Shown piece after piece: positions 1 to 12,200 of a stretch of 64,000 bases of DNA; the stretch's first letter is position 1, and every line of letters starts with the position of its first letter. The notes below the pieces were generated by a model. The model saw only the letters and a program-made list of their open reading frames with translations, did not search any database and was not told the origin of the DNA. Source of the DNA: a virus; the IMG/VR virus record IMGVR_UViG_3300025127_000009, positions 32,001 to 96,000 of that record; one strand, written 5' to 3'. The translations under genes were made by a program, and so were the position numbers.

Positions 1-1960
1 TAAAAGATACCATACCTAAAGCGCTATCTTCAAGTGTTACAACTCTGTTTGTGCGACCAAGTTTCCAGGTGCCTACAACGTGTACTGGTTCGTTTTGCTC
101 GTCATAAGGAGAGTGCCTTGAAACAGAAAGTTTATTATTGTCAGTACGTCCGGATGACATTCGACGCCTATACACTTGAACAGTAATTAATTTTAACCTA
201 CGAGTCACCCAATCCTCTAGACCTATGTAATCTTCATAAGGGCTTGAATCAACAGTTCTGGTGCCGCCTTGATTAGTAAGAACATTATAATCTTTCCATA
301 TTTTTTCTTGTCCTTTATTTAACTCTTCAAGAGTTATGGATCCACGGCCATTGTCATATTGCCTATAGAGTTCACTGCTGGCAGCATCTGCAGCGGCTCG
401 ATCAAAATTTCTGTTTCTAGTTAAAACAAAGTGCGGGTATTCATCAATTCCAGGCAAACCGTCATTGTGTCTAATTGTAAGTTTGGAGCGCTTATCTAAT
501 GCTTCAATTAATGGATATAATCTTGCATTGTTTCTATAGATGTCAAGCATATTTACTTGGAAATGAATACTCGCTTGACCATTTACAGTGTGAAACTGTG
601 TGTAAGCATCATATATACCAAAAAAATTTTTGTTTCTTTTACTAAGGTAGTTATCGATTAAAAGACTTGAGGCTTGAAGGTTTGAGTCCCCTTGTTGCAA
701 TTCTATAGAAGGAGGTTGAAAGTGTGTCATTTTAGACCTTTCGATTTTTCTTAAGTCTTGAACTTTTGTTCTGGGTACGAAAGTTCTTATTAACTCTCTG
801 CTATCAGGTGTGTGTACTAAACCGCTCATAACGCCACCACCTTGCATATTATGCACAGGCCCCACATAGGCTTCTCCTGTTGCCACATCGCGGTAGACTA
901 AAGATTGTGATTCTACTTTATTGTTTCTTGTAATTCTATCATAAGTAATGTCACCTATAAAATGACCCAGTTGACTCACCAGTCTGTCATTAACATCATT
1001 TCGTGAATCTAAAGATATTATGCTTGAGAAATCAAAATAAGTAAAACAAAAAAGATCTAAATTGGCACCACTATATTTATCTGTTGAAAGGTTAAACGTT
1101 TTATTATAAGGTATAACATTAACTAAATTATTCTCACTATCATACGTTTGATATTGCGAATTTGCAAGTTCTAATCCGATTGATTGTGGTCTGCCATCCA
1201 TAACTGAAAAAATTGCTTTATGCATGCCTGGGGCATTTATAGACCTGTTTGTTATTTGGGACGTTTTTCTAACTAATCTTTCATAAAAAGTACCTTCATT
1301 GTTGGGTCGTGGCATTTTTTTGCCCTGCGCTATTAAATTAGAATCTACTAAAAATTGATAAATTTGTTGACTTGCCTCTGGTGATGTGGTTAGAACTAAC
1401 CCTATTTTTAAGGCACTAAGCACTTCTTCTCTAAATTGATTATTTTGCTCGCCTGCTATGGCTCCTCTGCTTGCATATCTGCCTGACATTGATGTGACTT
1501 GTTGTGGAGCGACTGACATGTGTTTAGCAATATTTCCTCTCGCATTATTAGGGGGAAGTTCTTCATTTTGTGTTTGTGAAAATATACCAATAGTCCCGTC
1601 TTTTAGGACATCTTTTATATTAAAATCAATAGACACTCCAAGCGCAGGTTTAGGAGCGCCTCTGATGGCCTGCCCGCCTGCTGCTAAGTTAGGAAAAAGT
1701 TGAGAATATTGTGGAATATGTCTACTAGCAAAATCGTGTTTTTGAGCGTCAGACAAGCCTCGCAAAAAGGGACTAGTATACCACCAACTATCTTCAGGAA
1801 TTGGCTGAGAGTCGCCAAGAATTAGCGGATCATTCCCAATCCTTCCTGAAACTGAATATTCTTGTTGGGTTGATAGAGAATCTTCTAAAGTAATTCTTCG
1901 AGTGTATATTTTTGGAAGAAATTGTCCTACTATTGCACCAGGTGTAGAATAATTAGTCAT
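1..1960 (-). CDS. Hypothetical (probably virion/baseplate-module) protein, over 650 aa, 3' end runs off the window
   Basis: ATG at 1960 overlaps the stop of the 417-aa ORF (ATGACTAA). Manual translation (MTNYSTPGAIVGQFLPKIYTRRITLE...) stays open to base 1. It is missing from the ORF track because no stop lies in the window. Confidence 0.8.
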   Translation of the reverse strand, partial: MTNYSTPGAIVGQFLPKIYTRRITLEDSLSTQQEYSVSGRIGNDPLILGDSQPIPEDSWWYTSPFLRGLSDAQKHDFASRHIPQYSQLFPNLAAGGQAIRGAPKPALGVSIDFNIKDVLKDGTIGIFSQTQNEELPPNNARGNIAKHMSVAPQQVTSMSGRYASRGAIAGEQNNQFREEVLSALKIGLVLTTSPEASQQIYQFLVDSNLIAQGKKMPRPNNEGTFYERLVRKTSQITNRSINAPGMHKAIFSVMDGRPQSIGLELANSQYQTYDSENNLVNVIPYNKTFNLSTDKYSGANLDLFCFTYFDFSSIISLDSRNDVNDRLVSQLGHFIGDITYDRITRNNKVESQSLVYRDVATGEAYVGPVHNMQGGGVMSGLVHTPDSRELIRTFVPRTKVQDLRKIERSKMTHFQPPSIELQQGDSNLQASSLLIDNYLSKRNKNFFGIYDAYTQFHTVNGQASIHFQVNMLDIYRNNARLYPLIEALDKRSKLTIRHNDGLPGIDEYPHFVLTRNRNFDRAAADAASSELYRQYDNGRGSITLEELNKGQEKIWKDYNVLTNQGGTRTVDSSPYEDYIGLEDWVTRRLKLITVQVYRRRMSSGRTDNNKLSVSRHSPYDEQNEPVHVVGTWKLGRTNRVVTLEDSALGMVSF

Positions 1961-3206
1961 CGCAAATATCCTCTTCATCGCCTAATGATACAGGCCTGTT
2001 TTCATTGTTTGCAGATGACGGTCCACCAGTTGCTCCAGAGTCAGTTTGTACTGGTATACCCGTATCCTCTCCTGCATCATCCAGTACGCCGGTACGGCTT
2101 TGACCTATTTCTCCCATTGAGCCCAACGTTCTTGGTATCGTATTGATTGGATCGCCATCGGCAAAAGATGCCAACAAACCTGCGCGACGTAATTCGTCTA
2201 AGCGCTTATAATAATCGGATATTGCATTAGAAAACATATCTCTAAGTTTGTCTCTGTTTATGCCTCTCAAATCAAAGCCATAAAACTCGGCTAAATCTTG
2301 ATCTGTCATCATGTCAAAGTAATGCTCTATATATTCATATCCTGCTTCAGCAATTGAGTCACTGTTTGCACTATCAAGAAATTCGTTATTTGTTGTATAC
2401 ATTGGTATTAGTTCTTCTTCTGTAACAGTTCCATTTGGGTTTCGAAAATTTGGCCCTCTTTCTACCTCATAAAACTCGATTTCAAAGTTTTCTAAATCAT
2501 AATCAACATTATCTTCGATAACACTAAAAATCATAACACCCTCATCAACTGTTAGTTTTATATCGTCTACAAAACTAAACTCTCTTTCTAAGCCGGTATA
2601 CCTATTTTCAAATTGATCGCTTGTTATATTATAGTCTGGATGGTTTGATCCTAGTCTCTCTACGTTTAAGGTGTGATCTACCTCATATTCTAATACAGGC
2701 CTTTTCATACCTATGTGAGGGGAAGAAGAACTAACATTAACACTTTTTATCTGCCCATGCAACAAACTATCTAATTCCCAAGAAGGAACACCTTGCTCTC
2801 CAATTGTTGAATTACCTAAAAAGTTTCTTACTAGTTTCCTGTCATCAGCACCCATTTTTTCATCATACATGTGATCGGTGCCATATAACATTTCAGAGGG
2901 AGTACCCACAACGTCATTAAACCTATCTATTTTGTATGCTTTAAGTTTCGCAACCCTTGTCTCAACGCCTTCTTGATCGTAAAGAACTTTTAAGCGTTGC
3001 GTGTCTCTTTGAATTCTTTTAGATGTTTCTTTTCCAGTTTCATTAAACTTATCTGTATCCGAATTAACATACGCATTGTTATACAGTATTTCATCATCAG
3101 AAAAAGTATAGAAAACTGGCTTGAATTTACCCTTTGATAGTAAGTATTTGCCAAACTGAGTTAACTCAATGTCGATAACGTCTTCTTTTTTGTTAAAAAA
3201 CGACAA
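1953..3206 (-). CDS. Conserved-looking hypothetical virion-module protein (TTG start)
   Basis: 417-aa ORF directly downstream of the giant protein. N-terminus FFNKKEDVIDIELTQFGKYLLSKGKFKP resembles hypothetical proteins of large phage structural modules (from memory). Acidic C-terminal tail. Confidence 0.7.
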   Translation of the reverse strand: MSFFNKKEDVIDIELTQFGKYLLSKGKFKPVFYTFSDDEILYNNAYVNSDTDKFNETGKETSKRIQRDTQRLKVLYDQEGVETRVAKLKAYKIDRFNDVVGTPSEMLYGTDHMYDEKMGADDRKLVRNFLGNSTIGEQGVPSWELDSLLHGQIKSVNVSSSSPHIGMKRPVLEYEVDHTLNVERLGSNHPDYNITSDQFENRYTGLEREFSFVDDIKLTVDEGVMIFSVIEDNVDYDLENFEIEFYEVERGPNFRNPNGTVTEEELIPMYTTNNEFLDSANSDSIAEAGYEYIEHYFDMMTDQDLAEFYGFDLRGINRDKLRDMFSNAISDYYKRLDELRRAGLLASFADGDPINTIPRTLGSMGEIGQSRTGVLDDAGEDTGIPVQTDSGATGGPSSANNENRPVSLGDEEDICDD

Positions 3207-3224
3207 CTGCAGACCCTCTTAAAA

Positions 3225-6200
3225 TTACCTTGGCGCTCTACCTAAAAGATGCTTCAATTGCACCAGGCCAGATGCATCAGGAACAATTAACGACCTCTTA
3301 AACTTAAATTCAACTTCTGCATCCAAATTAATTAGTTCTACAAGAGAAAAATAATCATAGGGCCAGTTAAAACCATAATTAAACTTATCCTTTTCAATTG
3401 ACACAATTTTCTCTGGGTGACCATCTGGCAATCTATCTAATTGCTTTTTCCTAAAAAAGTCTGTCTCTGCTTTTTGTTTGACTTTAAAAACCATCCATTG
3501 TAATTTTTGAGATATGCCTCCCTTCCAGCCGTTAACTCTCCATCCTGTTCTGGGCACTTCTGTTAAAGAGACATTTGGATTTAATAAATCTTCAGCACCA
3601 AAAAGTTCGTGACTAACTGTAACTTCTTGTATTGTTTGCTCTCCACCGTTACGCCTGGCTTGGCCAAAAGCAAAATCTAGTCCAATATCTGGAGTTGTAT
3701 TTTGCCAAATTCTTGCTATATCCTGCTTTGACAACGTAACATCAAAAGGAAAGATATACATTGCAAAAGGCTCTATATATTTTCCATTCTTATCATTATA
3801 CTTTAAGAAATTTAACTGTGGAGGTATATTATACCTCAACATATTTTTTACCATTTCTGCGACGGAGTTTCTAACAGGTACTTTCGTCACTCCATCATTC
3901 AAAGTTCTTCTTGGATCATCTTGATCAGAGAAAAGTATATTATCTAATATGCCTGCGTTAGTTCTTTGATCAGCAATATCTTGCTCAGTTAGTTGTTTAT
4001 AATTAGGAAATCCCTGATCTCTGACTGCCTGATATACTTCTTCTTCTGGAAGTTTGAAAAACTGTTTTGTATTTTGTGACGTTACAAAAGGAATAGCAAC
4101 AACTGCTTCTGAAATTACTCTTTGTTCTGGCATTTTACCAATGATGCCATCGCCTTCTAATTGCACACCTAGTAAAGATTTCAGATCTCTTTTGTATCTA
4201 GACGGCCTCTTGTTCCCTATTATACTGACTCTTGGTCTCAGAGCGTTTTCTCCAAAATCACCAGACTGATGCCAAATACCCTTAATTTTAGGTAAATGCT
4301 GAACTGTCTTGTCTGTTCTCGGTTGGTTTGAAGTGACTTTTGTGAAATCAAATGTTGGGCATTCGAATTTAGTTTGTATAACTAAAGATCTCTTACCAGA
4401 TATTGGCTCACCATTGACATTGTAAGATTGAACAAACGCAGTTTCATTGTCTGCACTTAAGCCATAAAAACTTTCTGACAATTGCATAGCAAATCTTTTA
4501 TTGTAAGAGGGAACTGTCTTCCTGTTGTTTGACTTACCAGATCCTCTGTGACCGACAGAACCAGTGGCTCTAATCTGCCTACTATACACAACTTCTGTAT
4601 CTCTAAGAACAGACTCAACTGAATCATAAACTACATCGTCCTGTGGGGTAAACGTGTAATCTACAAATGCAACTTTATCATATTGAGGTGGGGTATATGG
4701 ACTAAAACCATAACCAACCTGTGTCAAGGATCTAGGAAGGTCATTTCCAAATATTTGAGTTCTAGAACTGCCCGCATCAACAGGAGGTCCAAAAGCAGCC
4801 GGGTTATTATACATGGGATTGTCACCAGGTCGGTTTCTTTCTTCAGCGACATCAGCCCTAACTAAAGATATCTGCATCTTGTATGGTATATTTCCACCTA
4901 TGCGGTCGTCAACTTCATGAACCACTGCTTCCTTTAACTCATCTGATGACCTTATTGTTACACCTGTTCGATTTTCTATGAAAAAATTTAGACTTTCAGC
5001 ATAAAAATTGTGCGCGGCTGCAGCGTAAAGAGACGATTTAGATTTTGCCAAATCCATATTAAATGTAGCCAGATTTGATGCTGAGTGTTTTGGTAAACCC
5101 ATAACAAATCTATCATCGCTTGAATATTCAGAAGTCACTCCGTCTGCTCTTAGAGGATTAAAATCTGATTTAAATACAAACTTATCTTTACTTGTCCCAT
5201 CTGTGCCAACAAAACGACGATTTCTTAAGAAAGTTGCATTCAAACTTGCACTTGGGTGTGGCTCCATATCATAAAACAAGGCAGTATTAACTTCACCGTC
5301 ATCTCCCATTGGGGGAGTAAATATTTCTGGTTCAATTATTGCCTCGAACGGTATTCTCACCGCTTTTCTAATACCAGTATTACCATGCAAACTTCTCCAT
5401 CCGTGTGAAAAAACGGTTGAATCATCACCAGAACCTGTAAAATGACTTATTCCGTAACTTGCTGAACCAATTCTTGGTATTGAATTGTCATCAGTAAAGT
5501 TGTGTTTACTTCCTTGTATGTAAGATGGTAATCTGACTGCACCAGTTATCTGCAAAGCAAAATCTTTAAATGTTCCTTCAAATGCTATTACATTTTTTTC
5601 TTGACCAAAATCGTCTGGTGTCCAATAATCTCCGCTCGCAACACCGCGTGTTTGAGACTTAAAAGGAAACCTCCAAGTCTTGTACCTAAATGCTGCACTC
5701 CTTGCGGCACCAAAACTGGCTGCACCAGCAAGAGTTGCTAGACCTGGATTTTCCGTAGAGTGATAAATATATGTATATTGATATGGATTTGACACATCTA
5801 CAATACCATTCCATCTTTGCCTTTGTTTTTCCATAGCAGGAATATCATTTACAATTGAACCTGACCAATCCGTAAACCCGTAAAATGTACCTGATAAAAA
5901 GTTTTTAGTAAAAGGAAAATCTTCTCTTAAGCCGTATGCGTTGACACTGCCTGTTTGCGCTGTAATAACTTTTCCACTGTGTAACGGCTGAGCGTGATTG
6001 AAGACAGGCAATCTGTTTGTTGTTGCGTGGCGACCACCTGCTGCATTTTGTGCTTCATTAGTTGTTTTTTTGTTATACCCAGTGTCATTACCAGGTCTAT
6101 ACCAGGCTACGATGTTATCATGTTTTGATTTATCAATTATAGTGTAAGGGTTAGTAGGCCCAATAAATTTTCCACTTGAATTAACTCTAGGTCTTGAGGG

Positions 6201-9200
6201 CGATGATACACCAAAAGACGATGTAAAATTATTGTTAAATTTGGGATTTTTAACAACACCAGATAAACCTTTTATTTCATCATTGGAAAGAGATTTGTTA
6301 ACAATAACAATTTCACTCATCATAAGTTCGCTTGGCTTTAGAAAATCTAAAAGAAAATCTTTTGTTCGAGGTGCAAACAATCCACCCCTAGCGTTTAATT
6401 CTCCAGCAACTGCATTAGACCGATCTACTTGGTTGGTTAGTCCTTGTCGGGCAACTGCTCGTTTTTGCTCACTATAATGGTAAGCGCCCAGACCACCTTC
6501 ACCGCCAACAAACTTGTTATCATTAAGAAACCTCAAGCACCCTATTTGGTTATTGGTGATTGTTACGTTTCCTGCTGGGCCTGGTAATAATTGATAGATA
6601 TCAACCTTGGCAACTGACACGTTTATCTCCGCATATAATTTAGGATGTGCGTTAACTGCTTTCCATATATTTTTAGCAATAGTGATGTCATCGGCAGATT
6701 TAGCGACATTCATGGCTGTTGGATTGAAATCGCCTCTAGTTGTAGTGCTTGATGCTGCTTTAAAAGTTATAGTTTCTCCATCTGTGGTATTAAACGAAAA
6801 GATAGTAGTTGCATCTGACAATGCATTGAAATTAGAGGCGTTTGTAATTTCTACAACTGCCATAGCCTGAGAATAGGAGCCTGACATCATGTGACTGTTT
6901 ATTCTATTAACGTTACCCAAGTGATTACCTATAAAACAATTTCTTGACCCATCCAATAATATTGGTGCCCCTGCAGTGCCGGGAGTGCCACCGTGAGATG
7001 CCGCATCTGTCCATGTTGTCCTGGTTGAAGTACTGTTTGTATGATCGTAAGCACTGTGAAAGTATTGTACGTGAGTTCTTCCTAAGTTGCCAAAGGGTGC
7101 ATTGTTGTGGTCTTTAGATGTGTTTGTTTCACCTGCTTGAGATGCACCTCTATCGGTATCATACTGGTGTCCGTTTCGAAAAACTTTAAAATGCTGTAGT
7201 TCTCTGCTTTTAAGATCTGCCTCTACATAAAAGTGATTCCAACCAGGGTGAGCCCAATCTGCCTCTACTAACGGATTACCAGGCATCGATCCAGTAGAAG
7301 TCATGCCAGGGCCAGATTGCCAACAAAAATAATTTTTACCATTTCCACCAAATAATTGAAAATATATTTGAGCGTGTGATTTATCTCCTGGAGAATACTT
7401 AAAGTCTGCAGCCTGCGGGTGGTCACCGCCGCGAGTTGTTGCGTTATCGACTGCTGCTGCATCAGGGGTGCTTCCATCGCTACCTACCAGGTCATTACTG
7501 GTTGATCCTCCCAATATGTTCTCTGTCTCGGAGACATTATCCATAAACGGACTGACTTGATATGTCAGGTGAAGTCCGGTTCTCCAAGAGTTTTTTGTTG
7601 CGTCGTTCCCACTTCCAAGCGAACAAATAACCCCTCTTTGACCGAGAAGTCTGCTGTCACCTACCCCGTTGCGGTGAACCCTGTTATTGCTGGATACATT
7701 CGGATCTGTTTCGTTTGTTGACGGCAAATACATCCAAAAAGATATTCCAAATTTACCATCATTTTCAAAGTCGCTACCAGTTAAGGCCTGTCCCCAATGA
7801 GATGCATCTCCTATTTCGATTCTATTTTTTGAAACGAAGCCAGCGTCAAATTGACGCGCAACGACTGCTGTCATATTACTACTACCAGCGTTTTCGTCTG
7901 CATGTTTGCTGGGGGTTCCAGAGTATACTATAGTCTTAACTCCTATTAAAACTATAACACTCTTGGGAGCATCTGCATCTGCGTAAAAAGTAAAACTTGT
8001 GCCATAGAAGGGGCCAAAATCTCGTCTTGCTCTTTCAGCAGTTGTGCATGCTATTTTTCCATTATGCCCACTAGCCGATTCTATAAGTGAAATTAATCCA
8101 TCTGCCCAAAATCTGCCTGAAGTGTCAGTTGGGTTTTCATTGGTAATATCAGCCGACTTGGCAAATTGCAGATTAGATTCTACTTCAGAGGGGCTAGTTT
8201 TAGCAGTGTAAGTTTTAGCGGTTCCATCCAAAGAAGTAATTACAAAAGTATCGCCATCTCCAAGAGCAGCACCGGCATATATGTGTGCAATTCCATTTTT
8301 TACTTCTGCAAAAGTCGTATTAGAATTTACTATAACTGAATCGCCAGGACCTGTAAAATCAAACTGAGTGTCGCCATTTGCATCTTTTGAAGAATAATTT
8401 TCTTCTCCAATTCCAAAATAGGATCCTTTGAAGTCTGCTAGTAAACTTGCACTTTGAAAAATAACGCCATACTGATTATATAGCCTATCTTCGTGTGGCT
8501 CGAACACAGGGTAATCCACTGCAATGCCTGATTTAACAGTGTTGAAGCCAATGCCAGGAGCATAATAAGGAGCCAAAACATTTCGCCAATGTCCACCGGA
8601 TACATACTGGTTGTACGACGAACTAAAATACGAGGCTAATTGAGTCATTCGATCCGCAGGGTAGAATCCTTTATAGGGTAAAAACTTTTTAAACGCCCTG
8701 CATGTTAAAGTGAGTCTTGTAGGAGACACAGAGCCGTCAGAAGTCGCAGGATATGTTTCATTAATTGACTCCTGTACAACATTAAACTGTTTCATAAAAT
8801 CAGTGTGACTGTATGTTTTGTAAAAATCACCTGAACCTGTGCTTGAACTGTTCGAATCTCCTAGTGCGCCTGTTAAAGTTAAGAAAGTATCTCGACAACT
8901 AAAGAATGGGTCTTCGCCTCCAACATCATTTATATAGTGATGCATATGTTCACTAATTCTAAACTCAGGAAGAACAGAATAACCCTTCGCTAAGAGTTTA
9001 GACTGGTATGAAAAGTCTTCATAACTATCAAAATTAAATGGATTTCTTGCTTCATCTTCCGGAACTTTGTAAAATTGAGAACCCCATAAGCAATTATCTA
9101 ATTTATCATTTTTAGCGTATATCATATGTGGCGCTTTCGAAGACGTCACTCTTACTTCAAAATCATAACTTCCAGAAGCATCTTCGAAACCTTGTATAAA

Positions 9201-12200
9201 ACCAGGAGTTTTAATATTTGTATATCTAATATCTGCATAATTATTAATATTTTTAAAATCTACAGCCGCTGGAACTATAAGAGACTCCCCGAAACTACTA
9301 ACATTGGGGCTAAAATATTCTCTTACCGTTCCAGCAGTTTGTACTTCTGCGCCGAATCCAGTTCTAAAGAGATTATTCTTTCTTGGAAGCCTAATTGTGC
9401 CGCCAGCGGTTGTATTACCACCTGCATTGTGATTTCCATCCAAAGATGCAGTGTTATGCATTTCAGTGATACCTACACCGACTCTTGAACTAAAATCTTC
9501 TCTATCAAAAAATATTTGCCTCTCCACTTCTTTCGTTTCATACACATTGACAAAAGTAATCAACCACTGTGATCGGTTAAAGGACGAGCCAAATTGATTG
9601 TGTAAGGTATTCGTTGAAGAAGGTATGTCTGCGTAAGTTAGAAACCTTATATTACCTTTTATAGATGCAGTTACAGTATGCTCAAAATGATGATATTTTA
9701 CTCTATTGTCTGTGCTAAAATTGTCAGTTGAACTAATTATAGGCACGTAAGAGGGGTCATAGGAAGAAGTAAGTGCAGAACCCGTTAATACACCTACAGT
9801 ATGCCAAGTTCCATCTTTACTAGATCCAACTTGAACATACAAAGGAAATCGGTTTTGCGGTCTGCCGTCAAAACCATCTGAACTATTTGCATGATATCTT
9901 ATAACCCCTGGAAATTGATATGAACTTGTAGTTCTAGCCCAAGAATAAGTGGCATTGGAGGAATTGAAATTTAAACGCGGTAAACCTTTTGCTGCAGCAG
10001 CACTAACTGTAGTTTGTCTATCTAAAGAAGCCAGTGGCTGACTTACCAAAAGAGACTTTCTCATACCATAATATGTCACGCCTCCATCATAGCCAGCCTT
10101 TAATTTTAATACCAAAGGTTCTGTAAGTTTAATTCTTTGCCTAAATTCAACAGTGTCTATTCCTTGATATGTGGATAAACCACTAGCGTTACCTGCAACG
10201 TTAACGGTGGTGCCGTCTTCTCTGGTTCGAACATGCTTCCCATTAGCATCGAGAGATAATTTTGAAACCCGAAAAGCCCCAAGAGAGCCACTATTGCTGC
10301 CACCGTGATGATGTTGACCTAAAGTAAAATCTTCTATCGTGCAAGTTGTGTTTGTCCCACTACTATCTCCTGTGTTGTTGCCACTACCATCAAGGTTTAT
10401 AACTGCAGTATCGCCACCCATGCAAGCCCATCCAATCGGGGGAAATCCCACTTCAACACCATAAGAAAAATCGCTTGAATTTTTGGGGTAAAAAGTAGGA
10501 ATAGTGTCTATGTTTGATTCAAATGAATCAACACTGTTCGAGCCATCTATAAATGTGTTGCTTACAGAACCAGCAGAATTTTTTGTTGCAACATACCAGG
10601 TTCCTGAATCACTACCATCTATAGATGTACCTGTGATAACTGTGTTTCCTGTTGCTCCGGGTCGAGTTTGCGTAATCACAACGTATGTTTGAGTAGCGGC
10701 ACCAATACCAGTTGGCCTCTCCTCTTTTGTTGCTATAAATTCATTGCCTGAAGGATCTATTTCCGTTGAATCTGTCAGATTAACCATTTGAATAAAGTTA
10801 TCTATTGTTTCTGAAACATCTGCGCCTATTCTATACCTTCTATCTGCTAAGCGCTTAACTGAGGATTGGCCGACGTTATCGCCTACTGTGTCACCAGGAG
10901 CGGTTACGGTGGTATTTGCTGTAAACCGGTAAACAATACCATCGGTAGATGTTAATAAAAGTGTTTTGCCATTAGTGGGCTGACTTTCCAAGCGTAAAAC
11001 GGCAAATGCTTTTTTTGCACCGGGAACATTTACAGTTTTACTCCTAAACGTATACGGACCTCTTGGTTGCATGTTGTTGCTGTATGATCCGCTTAATTTC
11101 AATATTTTATATTTGTTTCTTGCTGGGAGGCTGCTTGTTGATTGCATAGGAAAAGGTCTTGCAAATAACGCACTGGCGCTTGGAATCATATGATTGTTGT
11201 GAAAAATAGAGTACTCTGCGAACAGTTCTCCTGACCCTACTCCCTTTTCTGCACCTGTGCTATCAGTTCCTAGCAATCTATCTGTTGTTTTTCTTAACGC
11301 AACAGTTTTAAAATTTTGTTGAGCGTCTAAGGGCCAAACACTTAAACGTGATATCTTTTCTCCTTGAGAATTTAGTGCGTCTCTTTGTATTCTACTCTTA
11401 TGGTCTTTTCTCCAAAACTTTAATTTAAAGTTTGGTCTTCCTCTCGAAGACTTTAAAAATGCATTTTTTTCTTTTGGAAAAATACCCTCTCTATAGTAAA
11501 GTGCTGGCTCATATGCTTCATTGTTAAGAGGAAAAAGAGAAAACTGATCAATCCTTTTTAAAGTATTTTTCTTTTGCTTTTTTGTTAATTTAGTATCGGT
11601 AATAATAGCCAATTCTTCATTTGCAAAATTTGTGATATTATTAGAAAAAGTGTAAGACGCTAAGACAGGCAATTGGTTACCCGTGGTTGGCTTGCTAAGT
11701 GTTCTAATAGGATATTTGTTTATAGTAACAGGAGGCTCATTAAATCTATAATCTGTGCCCAGTTTATTAACTCGAACACCCCTAATCCCATAATGATCGT
11801 GATCTGATGTGTTTATCTTAATTGAAACCCATCTAAAGAAAACCTTATTTGCTGGTTCATCTATCACAGCGAATCGTTCATGAAAAGTATTTTTAGCAAG
11901 TTCAGAACCCTTTATATGATGTAGAGTCTTGTATTTTCCAGTTTCTCCGATCTTATATTGTAGGAACAGATCTTCCTGAGCCTCTGGGGCGTTCGTAAGA
12001 CTAAAATCTTGACTCGGGCCAGCGGAATCTGATCCTACAATGAATTCGTATTTTATAACTAGCGGTGCACTAAACGGCACAGAATACTCAACAGAGCGAA
12101 GATGCTTAAGGTTTGAATCAGGAGTACCTGTAAAACCAAAGCCTAAATTAAAAGTTTCGTTAAGAGCAGTATACGAAGCAAAGGTAGTATTTGCTGTTCC

